The notes: generated from the sequence alone by a model not told the origin. Positions 1 through 10,239 are shown, counted from the first letter of the stretch. The stretch: 64,000 nt of DNA from Polyangiaceae bacterium (GCA_044376115.1 JBILLK010000011.1:64001-128000), one strand, 5' to 3'. Numbers and translations are program-made.

Positions 1-557
1 GGGGCCATGCGGCTCGCATACTCCGCAAAGCCAATGCCCGAGAACTCGGCTACCACCATATTCATCGGGTTGGACACGGGGAGCGCGGCCACCCCCGCCG
101 ACATGAAGACCGCAAAGGCGAAAGGGGGCAGCAGCTCTGGTCGACCAGGGAACCGCCGCTTGACCAAGGTGATGACGATCGGAGTCAGCAGCAGAATCGC
201 CGCGTCGTTGTTGAGCACCGTCGAGGTAAGGACACCCAGCACGTAGACCATCAGAAACAGTCGCTGGGTCGACGAGGCCCGCGCTTCGATCTCTTGGGCG
301 CACCAAGCGAGCAGCCCTGAGCGATGCGCCACATGCGTCATGATCATGATCGCGGCGATCGTGACAAAGGGGGCCCATAGGTTGGTGGCGGCCTCGGCGA
401 CGTGTCGCACGTGGACGACGCCAAAGAGTGCTAGCAGCAGGGCTCCGAAGATCGCCGCCGCTGCAGGCGATACGCGATAGGACTTGCTCAACCTGGGCCG
501 CGAGACGACCAGCCCCAGCGTTCCAACAACCGTGGCGTAGGCGGCAAACTCGAGCAT
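1..557 (-). CDS. ArsB/NhaD-family (IT superfamily) membrane transporter, runs off window start
   Basis: Not in the ORF track. Manual translation from ATG at 557: MLEFAAYATVVGTLGLVVSRP...LTSTVLNNDAAILLLTPIV...PVSNPMNMVVAEFSGIGFAEYASRMA; the NDAAILLLTP and SNPxN motifs are typical of ArsB permeases. Confidence 0.8.
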   Translation of the reverse strand, partial: MLEFAAYATVVGTLGLVVSRPRLSKSYRVSPAAAAIFGALLLALFGVVHVRHVAEAATNLWAPFVTIAAIMIMTHVAHRSGLLAWCAQEIEARASSTQRLFLMVYVLGVLTSTVLNNDAAILLLTPIVITLVKRRFPGRPELLPPFAFAVFMSAGVAALPVSNPMNMVVAEFSGIGFAEYASRMA

Positions 558-699
558 CACCGCATCATCGACGGAGCCGAGCCAGCCCGATGTGACATGT
601 CGCCAGTGGATGTTACAGCGCGGTTACAGCATTCGATTGTGGTCCTTGTCAGGGTTGGGCGGGCCGCCCGTCCGATGCGCCTCTCTTCGAGGGAATTGT

Positions 700-2094
700 A
701 TGAACGGGCTCGACTTGACCGCAGGAACTCGACTATCGCTCGCACGCATCGGTATCTCGACACAGCTAGCGGGTGAACTCCGCTCCGAGGTCAGGAGCTT
801 GTTGCGGCTCGCCTGGCCGCTCGTGCTCAGCTTCATGGGCCACAACTTGCTCGGCTTCGTCGATACGGCGATGGTGGGCCGACTTGGCGCGACCGAGCTA
901 GCAGGCGTCGCGATTGGTAACGGGCTCTTCTTCACGACCTGCGTTTTCGGTATGGGGCTGGTTAGCAGCCTCGATCCGATCGTCGCGCAGGCCGTGGGCG
1001 CAGGGGAGGGCGCACGCGCTCAGGCGGCTCTTCGCGCTGGGGTGAAGCTCGCTCTTTGGAGCTCCTTGCTCGTGATGGGGCTCGCATTGCTCTCGCCCTT
1101 GCTTCTACCGGTGTTTGGCATCTCTCAGGCGATCACCGAGGTCGCGCAGCAATTTACCTGGGCCCGGGCTCCGGGCGCGATCCCCTTCGTCATCGCGATG
1201 GCACTGCGCAGTTATTTGCAGGCCCGGGGCGCGACCATGGCCATGCTCTGGGGCGCGATGGGCGCCAACGTCGTTAACTTCGCGCTGAACTACTTATTAA
1301 TCTTCGGGCATCCCGGGCTCGGTGTCCCCGCGCTAGGTGTGATCGGCTCGGGCCTCGCGTCGAGCGCTGCGACGCTCGCGCAGCTCGGCGTTCTGATCTT
1401 TGTTCTACGCTTGCTGCCGCGACTTAGTGGCGGCGGAGAGACTCAGATCTCCCAGCGTCAGCTCGTGAAAATCGGACTGCCCATCAGCATCACGCTGGTG
1501 GCGGAGGTCGCTGCGTTTGCGATTGTCGGGTTGCTTGCGGGGCGAATTGGTCCGGAGGCGACCTCGGGCCACCAAGTGGCTATCCAGCTCGCAAGCTTCA
1601 CCTTCATGGTCTCCATGGCTGTCGCCAATGCCACCACCGTGCGGGTTGGTAATGCCGTGGGCCGTGGCGATTCTCGCGCGGTGCGGCTCGCTGGCTGGGT
1701 TGGTCTCGCGGTTTCAGCGGCCTATATGACAATAACCGCCCTGTCCTTCCTGCTTTTTGCCGAGCCGTTAGCCCGGGTGCTCTCCGACAGACCCCTGGTC
1801 ATTGCTAGCGCCGTGCCTTTGGTTCATATCGCAGCTGGCTTTCAGCTGTTTGACGGCGCACAGGTGGTAGCGGGCGGCGCGTTGCGTGGCCTCGGTGATA
1901 CCAAGAGCGCGCAACACGCCAATCTAATCGGCTATTACCTATTGGGCTTACCGCTCGCCGTCTGGTTGAGCTTCGGCTTGGGCTTTAATGAACAAGGCCT
2001 TTGGTGGGGCCTTTGCGCCGGGCTTGGGTTTGTGGCGTCGTTTCTCGTTTATCGGTTCGCCAAGCTGAGTCGAGACGCCCTCGCGCGGACGTAG
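700..2094 (+). CDS. MATE family efflux transporter (NorM-like)
   Basis: LLRLAWPLVL, FVDTAMVGRLG, VRVGNAVGRGD, FQLFDGAQVVAGGALRGLGDT; many hydrophobic segments. Start uncertain (ATG 700 chosen). Confidence 0.93.
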   Translation: MNGLDLTAGTRLSLARIGISTQLAGELRSEVRSLLRLAWPLVLSFMGHNLLGFVDTAMVGRLGATELAGVAIGNGLFFTTCVFGMGLVSSLDPIVAQAVGAGEGARAQAALRAGVKLALWSSLLVMGLALLSPLLLPVFGISQAITEVAQQFTWARAPGAIPFVIAMALRSYLQARGATMAMLWGAMGANVVNFALNYLLIFGHPGLGVPALGVIGSGLASSAATLAQLGVLIFVLRLLPRLSGGGETQISQRQLVKIGLPISITLVAEVAAFAIVGLLAGRIGPEATSGHQVAIQLASFTFMVSMAVANATTVRVGNAVGRGDSRAVRLAGWVGLAVSAAYMTITALSFLLFAEPLARVLSDRPLVIASAVPLVHIAAGFQLFDGAQVVAGGALRGLGDTKSAQHANLIGYYLLGLPLAVWLSFGLGFNEQGLWWGLCAGLGFVASFLVYRFAKLSRDALART

Positions 2095-2102
2095 CTGGCA
2101 GC

Positions 2103-3986
2103 TCAGCCTTGGGGTCTGAAGAAGATGGGCGAGGTCCAAGCTCGCTCACGGATCGTGGTCGGTATGGTTGGGTCGGTGCACGAGGGATGGTTCGGCTGGA
2201 CTTGGCAATCGAGCGCAGACCAACGAGGGGTGGGCTGCTCGAGCAAGCGGACGTAGTAGAGCGACGGCACGCCCGGCGTGAACGCGGGGGCCTTCCACGT
2301 TCGACAGAACGTTGCTTGGTCCGCTCCACTCAGCTGCGTCGTTTCGAGAGCCACCTGTGGTTCGCCCAGGTTGTCGAGCCCCACGCGGACGATGTCCAGC
2401 CGATCCAGCGGTGTACCCGCGGAGGTCGCCGCCACGAACAGCGTCGGATTCGACATGCCGATCACGTCGGCGCCCATCGTTGCGGCGCCGGCCTCGAGCA
2501 GGGCCTTGGGGAACTCAGGATCTCGGCAAAACGCCTCGGCAGCGCCGTCGGCGACGCCATCCAGGGCGAAGAAACGAACCGGGATCCGAGGGCCGCTGGT
2601 TGCGTAGGTCTCTCGCCGCTGTAGCGCACTGAAGATCTCCTCACGGGTGTTCTCGTGTGCCCATACACCGGTGATTGCGCCTGGCCCGAAGTTGATGGCA
2701 TCGAGGCGGTCACTCACGGCCGCGTCGGTGCTCGCTGCGTGGCCCTTCCAATCCGACTCTTGCACATAGCCGGGAACGCCGTTGTGCGTGTCGGTTGCAC
2801 CGATGATTCCCATCTGCAACGGGTTGGCGCCGTCGGACTCCTGAAGCATCAGCCCTCGTCCGAGCGCATTGCGCACGTAGCCCGGCGCCGAGGTCGCAGG
2901 GTCCGAGTCGTCGGCGTCCTCGAACGAACACTCTGGGTCGGAGAGCGCTCCCCCAGGGGCGCACTCCGAGGCGCCTTTGTGTTGATAGATCTCGACCAGC
3001 CGCTGATAGCGACTCATGTACTCGCGCGTAATCGGATCGGGATCGTCCGCCGTGTCGAACATGAGGCCGTTCGACAGATTCGAGTTGTGAGGAATCGTCA
3101 GCGCGTCGCAGCCCAACTCCGGCTTGCAGTTCGCATCGAGGGCCTGCCAAAGCTCGACTGCGGTCGGGTAGGCGATGTAGTCGAAGGGAACGGCAGGCAC
3201 GTTGTCGGACGAAAAGATCACATTGCGGTGGAGGTTGGCCGCACCGGTGGTGGCGGTCCACTCGTAGGCAATGAGCGAGGTAAAGCTGCACGGTGCATTG
3301 GCAGCGGCAGCGGCCTCTTGGACCTTCACCCAGGCGGAAGACAACGCTGCGGCGCACTGCGCGGCGTTTTGCGGGGTAACGCAGCCGGGAAGTGGAGGCG
3401 GGTCGGTTGCGGCCAGTCGGGCCAGCAGCAAAACCAGGTTGGTTCCTTGCTCCGTCGAGCCTTGATTGTTGAGGTCAGCACAGAGGTCTTCGTTGCCCGC
3501 AGCTCCGAGCTGGCACTGTGCGGTGACCGAAAGAAATTCGGAGTGATCGGTGACGGCTGCAAAGTCGAGAGGCGCTTCGAGGGTGGCGACCTCGAGGCCC
3601 CCGCTACCTGCGTCGATGGCTGCGGGACCGTCACCGCGCGCAAAGGCGTACGCCGCGGCTGGGTCGTTGCGGTTGCCGAACACGAAGCTGTCGATCGAGT
3701 AGGACGTGTGGACGTGGAGGTCTCCCCAGTAGACGTTCTTGGTCGGGTGGTACAAGCCAGGCCCGCACACGCCCGTGTTCGGTGTTCCGCCGGCTCCGCC
3801 ACCTCCCTCCGCACCAGCTCCGCCCGCGCCCGCAGCGCCGACGCCGGTTCCGCCGGCTCCGGCTGCGCCGACGCCAGCACCACCTGCGCCGCTGCCACCG
3901 TTTGCGCCAGCTGCAGCGCTGCTGTCGTCACCACACGCAGCGGCGGCGAGCACCAACCAAAGCGCTGAAACGTTCACTCGAATCAT
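2103..3986 (-). CDS. DUF3604-family PHP-like metallohydrolase, lipoprotein
   Basis: Lipobox AAAAC then a Gly/Ala linker; motifs WGDLHVHTSYS, TDHSE, EWT, NLHRNV, IPHNSN, TDTH, RETYATSGPRI, RERAWTSPI. GAGGAGG RBS upstream of ATG 3986; TGATG overlap with the upstream gene. Confidence 0.9.
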   Translation of the reverse strand: MIRVNVSALWLVLAAAACGDDSSAAAGANGGSGAGGAGVGAAGAGGTGVGAAGAGGAGAEGGGGAGGTPNTGVCGPGLYHPTKNVYWGDLHVHTSYSIDSFVFGNRNDPAAAYAFARGDGPAAIDAGSGGLEVATLEAPLDFAAVTDHSEFLSVTAQCQLGAAGNEDLCADLNNQGSTEQGTNLVLLLARLAATDPPPLPGCVTPQNAAQCAAALSSAWVKVQEAAAAANAPCSFTSLIAYEWTATTGAANLHRNVIFSSDNVPAVPFDYIAYPTAVELWQALDANCKPELGCDALTIPHNSNLSNGLMFDTADDPDPITREYMSRYQRLVEIYQHKGASECAPGGALSDPECSFEDADDSDPATSAPGYVRNALGRGLMLQESDGANPLQMGIIGATDTHNGVPGYVQESDWKGHAASTDAAVSDRLDAINFGPGAITGVWAHENTREEIFSALQRRETYATSGPRIPVRFFALDGVADGAAEAFCRDPEFPKALLEAGAATMGADVIGMSNPTLFVAATSAGTPLDRLDIVRVGLDNLGEPQVALETTQLSGADQATFCRTWKAPAFTPGVPSLYYVRLLEQPTPRWSALDCQVQPNHPSCTDPTIPTTIRERAWTSPIFFRPQG

Positions 3987-4981
3987 CAACGTGCCTCCTC
4001 GATAAACATCGAAATTGTGCGGGAAAAGAGCCAAAATATTGCAAGTCCACCGCTCGCGAGCACGACGCCCCGTTGGAGCCAGAGCTGCGCTTGGCTCTTT
4101 CGTAAGCCGTGCACCAGTCCCAGCATCGCCAGCACCATCAGCAGCTGACCGAACTCGACGCCGAGTCCAAAACCGAGGAGCGCGGGCGCGATGTTTTTTT
4201 CGGGCAAACCCACCTCGGTGAGGCCCCCAGCGAAGCCCAGCCCGTGCACGAGGCCAAACGTCAAAGCGATCGGAACGACCTCGCGGGCGTGTGCCGCGCG
4301 ACGGCCAACGTCGAGCGCGATCAACACAATCGAGAGCGCGATGCATGCTTCGGTGGGTGCAGGGTTCAGTCGAATCCAGCCCAGGCTCGTGGCAGCAAAA
4401 GCAAGTCCGTGGGAGAGGGAGAAGGCCGTTTCGGCGAGCAGGACCAGCCGCAACTTCCGCACATGCAGGACCAGCAGCGCGAGGAAAAGCAGATGATCCA
4501 ACCCGCCGGCGATGTGCGCGAGCCCGAGCGCTACATAATCGAAGCCGGTCTGCACGGGACTTCGCGGTGCTGGCAATGCGAGGCTCGGTTGCTGCGGCAA
4601 AACGACCGCTGAGGACTCATTCCCCGCGAGGTCCCGGAACCAGAGCGTGGCCTCCTCCAGCTCACGACCAAGGCCGTGAAGTCGAACGCTTCGTCCGGCG
4701 AGACCGCCCTCGCACTGAGCCCGAAAACTGCGCACTCGTCCGCTATCGGAGATGACCGCGCGCCCCTCCGGCTCGACGACGCAACCGTCTATATCGAACG
4801 TAAAGGAGGGTGCCTCGACGGTGGTTCGAACGCGCACGATGGCGCTTCCCGAGCTGGTCTCGTCGATCTCGAGATAGGCGCTGCGCATTCCGTGCGCGAG
4901 CGCCAAGCTCGGCGCGACGAAGAGCAGGACCGTGATCACGAGCCAGCGCGAAAACTGCAACAAGGCTGACCTTTGCAACAT
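3986..4981 (-). CDS. HupE/UreJ-family membrane protein with N-terminal extracytoplasmic domain
   Basis: Signal peptide ending ALA-H; GLAHIAGGLDHLLF, FSLSHGL, EACIALSI, FGLVHGLGFAG, GVEFGQL. Confidence 0.9.
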   Translation of the reverse strand: MLQRSALLQFSRWLVITVLLFVAPSLALAHGMRSAYLEIDETSSGSAIVRVRTTVEAPSFTFDIDGCVVEPEGRAVISDSGRVRSFRAQCEGGLAGRSVRLHGLGRELEEATLWFRDLAGNESSAVVLPQQPSLALPAPRSPVQTGFDYVALGLAHIAGGLDHLLFLALLVLHVRKLRLVLLAETAFSLSHGLAFAATSLGWIRLNPAPTEACIALSIVLIALDVGRRAAHAREVVPIALTFGLVHGLGFAGGLTEVGLPEKNIAPALLGFGLGVEFGQLLMVLAMLGLVHGLRKSQAQLWLQRGVVLASGGLAIFWLFSRTISMFIEEAR

Positions 4982-4983
4982 GC

Positions 4984-5910
4984 TCAGTCCTCCACCGAAG
5001 GGGCGGTGTGAATCGCGGTCCTGGCGAGCGAGCGGTGGTCAACGAAGGGCTCTCCCTCCACGTGCACGACGTAGCGATTGAGCAAGCGGTCGACATAGTG
5101 GGCGACCGCCGTCTCTCGACGCGCGATCAGCGCGTCGAGAGCGAGGCGGTCGCGGACGGCCTCGAAGGGGGCGATCGCATCGCCACTCCGGCGCAGGATC
5201 TTGACCAAGTGGTGACCGTGAGTCGAAGCGATGGGCTCGCTCCACAGGCCCTCGGGGAGCTCGGATACCGCCTGTTTGAAGTCAACGCCCCAACTTCGAT
5301 CGAGGTCCCGAGCGGCGATCGATACTCTTCGGGGCTGCGGGAATGCCTCACCCAACGGCGGAGGTGCGTCGCTCGTTGGCAGCGCCAGTACTTGGTCGCG
5401 AAGGGCTGTGAGGGTCGCGGACTCGCGAGCGAACACATGCACAAAATCGAGCCGTTCCGGCGCGCGGTAACGCTCGGGGTGACGGTCGTAGAAGTCTCGC
5501 AGGTCCTGTTCGCTCAGGCTGCGCGAGGCTCCGCCTTGGTCCTCCGCTAGGAACAGCAGCTTCTGAATGAGGCGGTTGCGAACGATCGTATCGCCCGAGT
5601 CGAGGCCGAGCCTGCGCGCCTCGCGCACCAGCAGCTCATCTTCGATGGCGCGACTGCGGATCTCCGCGCGCGCCTCGTCACTGAGCGGCTCGCCCCCTCG
5701 GCGGGCCTGTTCCCGTGCCACTGCGGCGGAGACGCGAGCCTCCGGAATGTCGACCCTGAAGGGATCTTCGAGCGGCGGTGCGATGGCGAAGAGCACCGCT
5801 CCGATACCTAGAAATTGAAGCAGTCGCGAGTTGTAGACCGGAGCGAGCCGTCCCAGTGGTTTGTGGAGCGGCTTTTCGAGGGTGGTGCTGTCCAAGGCTT
5901 CGAGCGACAT
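4984..5910 (-). CDS. PpiC/parvulin-type peptidyl-prolyl isomerase-like protein (membrane anchored)
   Basis: LQFLGIGAVLF anchor; EDELLVREARRLGLDSGDTIVRNRLIQKL; WSEPIASTHGHHLV. Confidence 0.85.
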   Translation of the reverse strand: MSLEALDSTTLEKPLHKPLGRLAPVYNSRLLQFLGIGAVLFAIAPPLEDPFRVDIPEARVSAAVAREQARRGGEPLSDEARAEIRSRAIEDELLVREARRLGLDSGDTIVRNRLIQKLLFLAEDQGGASRSLSEQDLRDFYDRHPERYRAPERLDFVHVFARESATLTALRDQVLALPTSDAPPPLGEAFPQPRRVSIAARDLDRSWGVDFKQAVSELPEGLWSEPIASTHGHHLVKILRRSGDAIAPFEAVRDRLALDALIARRETAVAHYVDRLLNRYVVHVEGEPFVDHRSLARTAIHTAPSVED

Positions 5911-5958
5911 GAACCTTGGACCCGGACGCACGGCCGTGGGTAAAGTCGAGCGCGCAGT

Positions 5959-6774
5959 TTATTCCTCGACCTCTCCTTGGCTCGACACGCGGAACTCCAA
6001 GTCGCGCCGGGCGCCAGCTAGTGAAACCAACACGGTGTCCTCGTCGAGGCGCGAGAAGGCGAGGGTCAACTCGTCGTCATCCGGCGTGGTCAAGGTGTAG
6101 GTACCGCTCTGTGGAACGGGATCGGCCCAGCGCCATTCAACGTTATCGATGCTTAGGTCCCAGTCGCCAGCCGCACCGCTCCAGCTTCGGCTTCCGCTGA
6201 GCACGATTCCGTCGGCCCACGCGCCATCCAAGGCGGATTGCGTACGATCCCCAGTCCCGGTTCCCGCTCTACCGTCGGCGAGTCGCGTCCATTCGAGCTC
6301 GTGCACCACGCGACGAGACTGTGTGGCGCTCGTCCAAGAGACTTGTGCGCTGCCGCTGACCTCGACGCGGCCGTTCGAAAGCGCCTCCCACGTGTGTTCT
6401 ACCAACACGTCTCCCTCGTCGGCACGGGCCACTGTCACCGAGTGCGAGCCGGTGTAGGTCATACCGTGGTACTCGCAGCCTTGCTCGACGCCAAACCGGA
6501 TCGTCACGGTGGCACCTTCCTGCTCGATCTCGGCACAATCGACCTGGCTAGCTGCAAATTCGGCGATCTCCTGCGCCGCCTGTTCGACCGCAACGCCAAG
6601 CGAAAAGCTGGTGGTAAGTTCGATGGTGCCTTCGGCGACGGTGGAAGCCTGGCTGGCGACAGCAACCTCGACGACAGCGTCCTTGGCCTCGGCGGTGGTC
6701 AACTCATCCGCAGGGCAGGCCGTGAGAATGGTAGAGAAGGAAAGGTAAAGAACGGGGAAGGTGCGATTGTTCAC
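5959..6774 (-). CDS. Beta-rich lipoprotein of unknown function
   Basis: Lipobox ILTAC; alternating beta-strand pattern; resembles 10236..11180. Confidence 0.7.
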   Translation of the reverse strand: MNNRTFPVLYLSFSTILTACPADELTTAEAKDAVVEVAVASQASTVAEGTIELTTSFSLGVAVEQAAQEIAEFAASQVDCAEIEQEGATVTIRFGVEQGCEYHGMTYTGSHSVTVARADEGDVLVEHTWEALSNGRVEVSGSAQVSWTSATQSRRVVHELEWTRLADGRAGTGTGDRTQSALDGAWADGIVLSGSRSWSGAAGDWDLSIDNVEWRWADPVPQSGTYTLTTPDDDELTLAFSRLDEDTVLVSLAGARRDLEFRVSSQGEVEE

Positions 6775-6871
6775 GGGCAGAAGTCTCCTTGGGGTTCCTT
6801 GCTTGGACCCGCCGAGAGGCCAAAAGGTAAAGTCGCAAAACAGAGCGGCTGCGCAGCGCTTAAGCCGAACC

Positions 6872-7786
6872 GTGGCAGTTGCTTTTTTTGTGTTGAGCCC
6901 GGCGTCGGCCGTCGTCGCCGAGGTCCCAGCCAGTCCGTCTCGTGCCGTTGCAGCGGGCCGCTTTGCAGAAGGGGAACGCGCGTACGCAGTAGGAGATTTC
7001 CGAGCAGCGGCCGTCGCTTTTGAGTCCGCGCACCTCGCCGATCCGCAGCCCGCTTCGGCTTGGAACGCCGCGAGGTCCTGGCATCTCGCAGGGGAGCTCG
7101 CGCAAGCCGCAACCTTCTATCGCCGCTACCTTGATCTTGCGCCGCCAGGCGCCGCAGACCGTGACGAGGCCACTCGCCAGTTGCTCGCTCTCGCAGGGGA
7201 GATCGCGCGTGTGGAGGTGGTTGGGGTCGAGCCGAGCGTCCTTCGCGTCGACGGTCGTTCAGCGATTGCCGCGGTCCTCTATCTCGTCCCTGGCACGCAC
7301 CGTATCGAGGCCGAGTTTCCCGAGGGGAGCGTCGGGGTAACGGTGGAGCTCTTGCGAGGGGAACAACGCTCGATGGTGTTAGAGCGCCCCAAACCCGCAA
7401 TGCTCAGCAAGCCTTCTGCGGAGCTAAACGGCGGGCGACCTAGCCAGGTGCAACCAGTCGAGGGCGCGTCCCCAAGCTCGCCGGGCGGGGTTTCCCCCTG
7501 GCTGCTGGTTCCTTTCGCCATAGGCACCGGACTGGCGGGCGTGCTCACGGTCGCCTCCGCGATCGATACCCAGATCGCTCTCGATCAGTACCTCGCTATT
7601 CCTGAGGAGGAACGCACGCTCGCGCAATGGGAGGACGGCAAGTTCAAGCAGGACCGCACCAACGTTGCTATCGGCATAAGCGTGGGCTTGGGCGTGGCTT
7701 CGCTGGCCGTCGCGTTATTCGCTGTGGACTTTGGGGCAGGGACGCTCGTGGGCTTTGACTCGAGAGGGCTGCGTGTCCACTTCTGA
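6872..7786 (+). CDS. TPR + PEGA-like exported/membrane protein
   Basis: FAEGERAYAVGDFRAAAVAFESA...AATFYRRYL (TPR); VLRVDG...LVPGTHRIEA (PEGA-like); C-terminal hydrophobic helices. Start uncertain (GTG 6872, or 6761 in the track). Confidence 0.8.
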   Translation: MAVAFFVLSPASAVVAEVPASPSRAVAAGRFAEGERAYAVGDFRAAAVAFESAHLADPQPASAWNAARSWHLAGELAQAATFYRRYLDLAPPGAADRDEATRQLLALAGEIARVEVVGVEPSVLRVDGRSAIAAVLYLVPGTHRIEAEFPEGSVGVTVELLRGEQRSMVLERPKPAMLSKPSAELNGGRPSQVQPVEGASPSSPGGVSPWLLVPFAIGTGLAGVLTVASAIDTQIALDQYLAIPEEERTLAQWEDGKFKQDRTNVAIGISVGLGVASLAVALFAVDFGAGTLVGFDSRGLRVHF

Positions 7787-9170
7787 GTCCTTTGCCGGTG
7801 CCGTAGGTGACTGCCAGGTCTTGTTCGAACTGGCGAGCGGCGGCATGGCGAGCGTGTTTCTCGCCCGCCAACTCGGCGACGCGGGCTTTGAACGCCTCGT
7901 GGCGATCAAACGGGTGCACCGGCATTTGGTCGAAGACCCGGAGGTCTTTGCGATGGCGAGCGACGAGGCTCGGATCGCCGCGCTCGTGCGGCATCCCAAC
8001 GTCGTATCGGTGATCGGTGTTCACGATGCGCGCGGCGAGCTGTTGCTCATTCAGGAGTACGTTGAAGGGGTACCGCTGTCGCGGTTGCTTCGTGTGCTTG
8101 GAGACCGCTGTGCACGCTTGCCTCTTTCGGTTGCACTTGCGATCGCGGTTGATGCGGCCAAAGGCTTAGCGGCGACTCACGATGCGGTCGATCTACGCGG
8201 TGAGCCTTTGGCCATCGTTCACCGGGATGTGAGCCCACAGAATCTGTTGGTCGGAACGGACGGCGTCACGCGCGTGATCGACTTCGGCATTGCGCGTTCG
8301 GAGCGACGGATGACGATGACGCGAACCGGCGTGCTCAAAGGCAAGCTTGCGTACATGGCGCCCGAGCAGATCGAAGAGCAGGCGGTGGACCGGCGCGCCG
8401 ACGTCTACGCGCTCGGCGCCGTATTGTTTGAGATGGTCACCGGAACTCGTGCGTTCGAGGCCGGCGATGACGCCGCTCTGATGGCGAAGATCCTGAGCGG
8501 CTCGCTCGATCTCGAGGCGGTACCGGATTCGCTGCGGCAATTGATTGAGCATACGATGCAGCGTTCGCCGGCGGCGCGCTGCGCGACGGCCAGCGAAGTC
8601 GCACGCGGCTTGCGTGAGGTCGGTGGCGTCGCCGCTGAAGAAGAGATCGCCGCGCTGGTCGCAGCGCTCTTCGGTGAGGAGCTCGCCGCGAGGAGGGCGC
8701 GTATCGCCGAGGCCATCGCACGCTTTGAAGAGCCGCAGCCCAGCGTCGAGACATCGGGTCTGGCGAAGCCGCAGATCGAAGGGGGCGCACCCGGTTCGCC
8801 GGCGCGTACGAGCGGCAACTCTGGCAAACGACTGCTCCTGCTAGCGTCGGGGCTTGGGCTCTTTGCCGCGGGATGGTTCTTGGCCAATCGGCCGGCCGGG
8901 CAAGCGCTGCCCAACGAGCGAAGCACTGTTCCCTCGCTAGGGGCGTCCTCCCGACCAGAGCCTCCAATGAGCGCCACTCAGCGAGAGTCTGTTTCCACTG
9001 CTGCCGGTATCGCGCCCAGCGCGGCTTTCGTTCCAGCCTCCTCGCCAGAGAGTTCGACGACCCGTCGAGCTGGCCCGGCTTCGTCGAGCCGCAGCGTCTC
9101 AGCCAGTCCGTCCGCGAGCGTTAGCGTTCATCGGTCCGACCTTCATCCGAGCCCGTATGCTCCTCCCTAA
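7773..9170 (+). CDS. Hanks-type Ser/Thr protein kinase with TM helix
   Basis: LASGGMASV, VAIKR, HRDVSPQN, DFG, YMAPEQ, DVYALG; TM LLLLASGLGLFAAGWFL; Ser/Pro-rich tail. Confidence 0.95.
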   Translation: MSTSESFAGAVGDCQVLFELASGGMASVFLARQLGDAGFERLVAIKRVHRHLVEDPEVFAMASDEARIAALVRHPNVVSVIGVHDARGELLLIQEYVEGVPLSRLLRVLGDRCARLPLSVALAIAVDAAKGLAATHDAVDLRGEPLAIVHRDVSPQNLLVGTDGVTRVIDFGIARSERRMTMTRTGVLKGKLAYMAPEQIEEQAVDRRADVYALGAVLFEMVTGTRAFEAGDDAALMAKILSGSLDLEAVPDSLRQLIEHTMQRSPAARCATASEVARGLREVGGVAAEEEIAALVAALFGEELAARRARIAEAIARFEEPQPSVETSGLAKPQIEGGAPGSPARTSGNSGKRLLLLASGLGLFAAGWFLANRPAGQALPNERSTVPSLGASSRPEPPMSATQRESVSTAAGIAPSAAFVPASSPESSTTRRAGPASSSRSVSASPSASVSVHRSDLHPSPYAPP

Positions 9171-10239
9171 CGCTGGTGAAGTCCGGCTTTCTCCGAGCGC
9201 ATGGTTGCGCTTGGGGTTGTCGCTGCTGCTCGGGAGTGGTTGCACGGCGTTCGACGGGATCGAGCCGTCCTTTGGCGGCGCCAGTTCGACTGGGGGCTCG
9301 AGCTCGGAGTCCTCGGGCGGACCTGGAGGAGCGGCTCCTCGCGGGCTCTTACCACTGCTCGATGCTGCCAACGTCTGTTCGTTGATTCAGCGCTGCCCAA
9401 CGCTCGGCGGTTCCATCTTGTTGTCTACGGGTTTGCCCCTGGTGCAGACAGACGCAAACGCGAACCCAACCGTCCGCAACTTCTCCTCGTGCATCGATTG
9501 GTTGAATGCACCGCTCGAGGCTGGGCACCCCGGCTTTGATGGCCTGCGCGACCTGCTCGTCGACGTCGCGACGGCGACGCGTTGCGAGGATGCTGACGCT
9601 TTGCTACCCAGGGTGAAGGCGACCGCCGCTGTTTGTTCGCGCGGTGAGGTTTGCACTGACGCGGCAACCGCCGTCGCTTGCCCGGATGCAGTCCTGTCGA
9701 ACTGTGGGCGCGGGCTGTTCGCTCCAGGCAGTACCTGCCTCGCCCAAACGCACGCCGCCTGCGCGGTCGGGGAGTGTACCGGGGCAGAGGTATTGTGCGA
9801 TGAACCCTACGCCTTCCGCTGCGTGGATGGCCTTCGCGAGGGACTCGACTGCTCGCTGTATGGGCTTTCGTGCGAGCCGGGCCTGGGCTGTATCGGTTCG
9901 CTTGGGAGCGCAGTGTGCGAGAGCGTCGGTGAGCAGCTTTGTTCGGGCGACGCGAGCCGGCTTCGCGTATGCGCCGGGGCGCTCGGAGCTGAGGCGGCTT
10001 CAAATGCAGAGTTTGATTGTGCAGCGATGGGCCGGACCTGCATCGAGGAGGGGCTTACTGGCCGCTGTGCTGCTCCCAAGGAGAGCTGTTCTCCGTATGA
10101 TCCAGACCAAAACGTGTGCACAGAAGATCGAATATCGCTCTGTGTTTCAGGGGAACGCTTGGACTTCGATTGCAGTTCCTTGGGCAAGGGTTGTCTGCCA
10201 GGCTCGGCTGACGGCGCGACTTCGGGGCATTGCCAATGA
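9157..10239 (+). CDS. Cys-rich lipoprotein
   Basis: Lipobox LGSGC, Ser/Gly linker, numerous Cys in repeats (e.g. DCSLYGLSC, DCAAMGRTC, DCSSLGKGC). Confidence 0.75.
   Translation: MLLPNAGEVRLSPSAWLRLGLSLLLGSGCTAFDGIEPSFGGASSTGGSSSESSGGPGGAAPRGLLPLLDAANVCSLIQRCPTLGGSILLSTGLPLVQTDANANPTVRNFSSCIDWLNAPLEAGHPGFDGLRDLLVDVATATRCEDADALLPRVKATAAVCSRGEVCTDAATAVACPDAVLSNCGRGLFAPGSTCLAQTHAACAVGECTGAEVLCDEPYAFRCVDGLREGLDCSLYGLSCEPGLGCIGSLGSAVCESVGEQLCSGDASRLRVCAGALGAEAASNAEFDCAAMGRTCIEEGLTGRCAAPKESCSPYDPDQNVCTEDRISLCVSGERLDFDCSSLGKGCLPGSADGATSGHCQ

Noticed and set aside
3780..3920. GCC/CCG-rich quasi-repeats (also ~15150-15260, ~26300-26370, ~52550-52700)
   Set aside because: They encode Gly/Ala/Ser linkers; not CRISPR or non-coding repeats.
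2655..3968. 437-aa + strand ORF (also 16053..17153 -, 18522..19637 +, 53274..54203 -, 31174..32079 +)
   Set aside because: Antisense shadows of well-supported genes, expected in high-GC DNA; no recognisable motifs.
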